NCBI GenBank assembly: GCA_040285825.1
Contig: JAUPSS010000008.1
Location: forward strand, 1,116,001 to 1,180,000
DNA from: Eukaryota sp. TZLM1-RC
Taxonomy: Eukaryota > Protista > Metamonada: BaSk clade
DNA: 64,000 bases
Reading direction: 5' to 3'
This document shows, piece after piece, positions 60,147 to 64,000 of the stretch. The notes under the pieces were generated by a model that saw only the letters and a program-made list of their open reading frames with translations, made no database searches and was not told where the DNA came from. The translations under genes were made by a program, and so were the position numbers. The number at the start of each line of letters is the position of its first letter. The stretch's first letter is position 1.

Positions 60147-63100
60147 ATGTCAGACACCCACTCTGTGTCACGTGTATTCACTCGGTCTTGTGCACTTAAC
60201 TCGCTGCTGACCCCTGCAGCGGTGCAACAAATTCGGACTGACCTTCCTGTGGTCACCGAGATTTGTCATGAAGCTTCTTTATTACTTCAATCTTTTCTTC
60301 TAAATTTTCCGTTGGCATCTAGAGCTTTAGTGGAACAGGATGTATGGTATCTGTTTATGACCATCATCACCACTGGTTATTTTCCTAAGCCTTCCACATC
60401 TAAAGGCCAATGCCAATTACTCCATATCTTTTACAATGGATTTCTTCCTGAATGCCCACAAGACAGGTCTCTTGTTGCTGTGTGGGAAAATTCTTTAGTG
60501 CCTTACAGAAATTCATTCAATCTTTTCCTCAATGATTGGCTGCGGTCCCAGAACTGTAATTTTATCAATAGAAAAGGGCTTTCTCCTTACCTTGCTTGTC
60601 GGGCTCGTCAATTGGCCTCCAACGTTAAGACATGTTTACCCAAAATTTGTCAATCCTGGACAAAAAACTTTATTCGTGTTCATTGTAGAGCCCTGAATAA
60701 AACAAATGTCTTTGCAAATAATATTCTTTCACTTTTGCCAGATGAACCACTAGCCCAACCCGAGGAAGTAGTAGTTGATTCTGTTCTTGAATACTGTTGT
60801 TGTTGAACTCATATTGAATTAGTAGGTTTCTTTGTATTTCGACTGATGACGTGATACTCATTTATGAATCAGTTTTATTAATAAACTTAGATTTCTTTCT
60901 CCATCGTGTGTTCATCTGCCTAACGGCATCAATAATTATTATCCTTTCTTATTTCAGATGACGTTCCCTCTGTCAACCTCCCGTCTCTTTCTTCCATGAA
61001 AGTTGAAAGTGTTCTCTTGTTCCTACAAGAGTGTAAGATCTATTCTTCTGTGACTTCTAAGAAAGAGCTTGTTCCAGCAAGACTCTTGGTCGATTCTTTT
61101 CTGTTAGAGTCCCTATCGCTCCAGAAATCCGACGTCTCTTCCAGTGACGATGTTCTTCTTAGACATCTACAATCTGTCGTATCGTTCGCCACGTACGAAG
61201 ATTTTAGTCTGGCTATGTCAGAACTGAAGCTTAATGTCCGTATTGGTGACGTCCGAGAACGTATGTCCTGTTACCTGCGACGTTTCCTCCAGGTAAAGAG
61301 TAGAGCTTCCGGACTGAAGTTACCAGACACAGCTTTTCTGAACCGATTTGCCAGAGGAATTCTTCCCGTAGGCCTTCAACGTTCTCTACTAGCGAGAATT
61401 CGAGATGATGTATTCCCAGATCTTCACTCTCTTATCGAAACCACTACTGATGAGCTGTTGGACTGCTCTAGGGTTGCTTCATGGACTCGTGGTTTCAAAA
61501 CCTCAGTGAATGATGTGGAACGTACGGCTGGCACTAAAACGAGGTCCTCTTGGCGCTCTCAGGATTTAAAAAATCAATCGTGCTTCAAGTGCCACAAGCC
61601 TGGATACATCTCCCGCGATTGTCCAACTAAAATCAAACATGAGGTAAATTATGTGTGTCACACAAACGATGCACCAAAGAGTTTAACAAACCCCATATCT
61701 TCCCTCTATTGAGCCAGTACTGTATTTGTCCTCAGAAAAGTGGGAAAAAGTAGTGTTGTTGTTGAACTCATATTGAATTAGTAGGTTTCTTTGTATTTCG
61801 ACTGATGACGTGATACTCATTTATGAATCAGTTTTATTAATAAACTTAGATTTCTTTCTCCATCGTGTGTTCATCTGCCTAACGGCATCAATACCTCATC
61901 AATTTCAATTTGAATAATTCAAGAGAAGGATTCTTCTTATTAAATGCATGTAAGTTTATCTTGAATCTCTTTCAAAGATTTCCTACCACTGCCTCCCTAC
62001 TGTCCTCACATGATAAAATCACTTTTTCATCAAAGGAAATTAGTGAGCTTTTTCTCTTCAATCTTAAAATTTCACAATACTTACTCACTTTCTTTTCTCA
62101 TATGCATTGCTGGAAGAAATTTAGAATAATACCTTTAGCTTCTCATAAAGGTTCTAAATTTATTGAGGTACCTTCACAAATTTTCCACTCTGTGAAAAAA
62201 TTTCCAATTATTGAAGGATCATCTTCCAAAACAAAGTTTATCAAAAATACATGTCTGAAACGAGTATTCAAACAATGTCCTTACCAAAAATTTAATATCA
62301 ACAGAAAAAGTTTGAAAAATAGATTTAACAAAATTTTATTGAAAACTAATGGTAATGAACTGCTTTTGACCTTTGAAGGTAAAAAAAATGACTCAGAAAA
62401 CACAGATGAGCTGGATGAACCACCGAAAAAGAAAAGAAGATCAAAAAATGAAATGAAAAGTGACCCTAATGCCAACAAAACCAGAGAAACACAGTTGAAG
62501 GGTACTAAAAAAATGCCCCGTCGAAGACGTAGACATCCAGTCGAAATTTTACCTGAAAGCCCCCTTATCGGCGTTGATCTTGGCCAATCAAGATTATGTG
62601 GTTACTTTTTAAATGATAATCAATGTGGAGTTATCCCTTGTCCAACTGGCAGAAGATACATGACAAAACCTTCACCCAGTAAACACTCTCCCAACCAATA
62701 TTCCGTTCAAAATTTCAACCAATATTTGAACCATTGGAATTTGGTCAGGAGGAAAGTGTATTTGGAAAGTAATCGCCAGAAATGGAAAATAATTAAATTT
62801 GATAACCGCAGACGAAAAGAGAGACGGTTCAGAGAGAGTTTCAACAAATTTCAAAGGTTGCCTGGACATCCTGAAAAACTCTACCTTGCTGTGGGTTCTG
62901 CTAATTTCCCTTCTCATTGCCGAAAAGTCAATCGATATGGATCAGCAAGGGCTTTCAGAAAATGGTTGTGTTATCAAAAGGACGTGAAGCACTTGTCAAC
63001 CAGTGAATTTAATACAAGCAAAATGTCAAGTTGTTGCATGGCCGAGAATATTCAAGCAGGCTCATGGCAGATGCGTATTTGTACTGAGTGTCAAATAGTA

Positions 63101-63202
63101 TATGACAGAGATATTTCCGCTGCAAAAAATATTCAAATTAAGAAAAAAGCGGAATTGTGGCCGGAACGATACATTTGCCCAGATGCTCTGCTGAGGAGAT
63201 GA
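60147..63202 (+). pseudogene. Fanzor: Fanzor copy 3, open throughout except for the LTR insertion at 60795-61890
   Basis: 60147-60794 plus 61895-63202 gives 1956 nt in one frame (651 aa). All RuvC and Zn-ribbon motifs are present. Confidence 0.92.
60795..61890 (+). mobile_element. Gag-only miniature LTR retrotransposon, very young copy
   Basis: 137-bp LTRs 60795-60931 and 61754-61890 look identical. TSD ATAC. PPT. gag ORF 60996..61712 with CFKCHKPGYISRDC knuckle. Confidence 0.93.
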
Positions 63203-63221
63203 ATAGGGAACGTGAGCATAC

Positions 63222-63477
63222 AGAAACTAAAACTTTTGAGACCGATCTACAAATGCCTTAGTAGCATTTGGTAGATCCACTTAGATACATCAAGTCGCGA
63301 GGCTTTGTTCTGTGAAAGCAGTAGGTGTATTTAAGTGAGGTAGCCCATTGATGAAGATCATGATTGTCTTTGTCAAATGATGCTACATGTCTCTTACAGC
63401 CTGTGAGTAGACATTGAGAAAGTTGAAAACAGGAGTGAATTTCACAGGGGAATGCATGATAAGTGAAATTCACAGTA
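63222..63477 (+). ncRNA. Candidate omegaRNA scaffold directly downstream of Fanzor copy 3
   Basis: Starts ~20 nt after the stop. At least five hairpins with G-U pairs on the + strand, a GCGA tetraloop, a CCTGT/ACAGG pseudoknot and a terminal GTGAATTTCAC/GTGAAATTCAC stem. Repeated at 53619. Confidence 0.65.
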
Positions 63478-64000
63478 TAACAACACTTTTTTCCGAAATC
63501 TGAAAGGTTCTGCTAGGGAACATAACTTATGGTTGTAATAATGACTACAGAGTACAGAAGCAATGGCTTTGTATGTGAACAGCATTGAAAAGAAAGTTCT
63601 ACTTCAGTTGTAAAGCGTAAATATATTATCATTGTGTTTTAAATAATAGTTTATGGCTATTTTGTGGCAAAAAATTTATTATTTTGGTTGCTAAAAACGA
63701 AAAATATCTGATATTGGTTAAAAAAAGGCAAGACCTCAACCCTTACATAATCCAGCACTTAACCCACTTAGCTAAAACCATCTTTTGTGATCAAAACGAG
63801 CTCATTGTGGATTAAAAGCTGAAAATCTGCTTCATCACCACTGATAAACAAAAAAGTTGTAAATTCACTTGGTTAGATCAAAGAATTATCAGTAAAAATT
63901 CAACGTGTGACTACTGAAGGGAACTAGTAGGGAGTAATCTAAAACTCGAGAGGAAAGTCACATTGCTGTAGGGAAGAAGAAACAGAGGGTGGTGAAGTGG

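Larger units (their letters stand above)
58801..63220 (+). repeat. Inverted near-identical duplicate of 2269-5588 (motif + CCT6 fragment + Fanzor), plus LTR insertion
   Basis: Direct sequence comparison. ORFs 4519..4800/59588..59869 and 4452..4652/59736..59936 translate identically. Confidence 0.92.

Noticed and set aside
63222-63477. U3/other snRNA, SRP RNA or Helitron 3' end
   Set aside because: No convincing U3 box set, Sm site or SRP helix-8 motif, and no CTRR terminus after the hairpin. Not formally excluded without an Rfam search.

Overview
This is AT-rich, intron-poor eukaryotic DNA, probably from a protist (inference). It is mostly mobile-element debris around a few host genes: a Cys-rich multi-TM protein, YIF1, CSN6, a Rab, a PAP-like protein, V-ATPase subunit a, a decayed H2A/H2B pair and a Man1/Src1-like protein. 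The main system is a Fanzor (eukaryotic TnpB/OMEGA RNA-guided nuclease) family with three copies: 2287-4242 (-), ~28971-31997 (-, decayed) and 60147-63202 (+). Copies 1 and 3 each carry one different lesion, so together they reconstruct an intact 651-aa NLS-bearing RuvC/Zn-ribbon protein. Copy 3 is followed by a ~250-nt strongly structured RNA with a TnpB-type GCCTGTG...ACAGG pseudoknot. The same RNA recurs ORF-less at 53619-53868 with a different 3' flank, making it a candidate omegaRNA scaffold with variable guides. Copy 1 instead ends in a short hairpin. A 1.1-kb gag-only LTR element has independently inserted into two Fanzor ORFs. Also present are chromovirus-like Ty3 elements with palindromes in place of a tRNA PBS, two families of CRE-like RLE non-LTR elements, hAT-like MITEs, and a G-rich motif upstream of three unrelated genes. 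All calls come from reading by eye; no searches were run.
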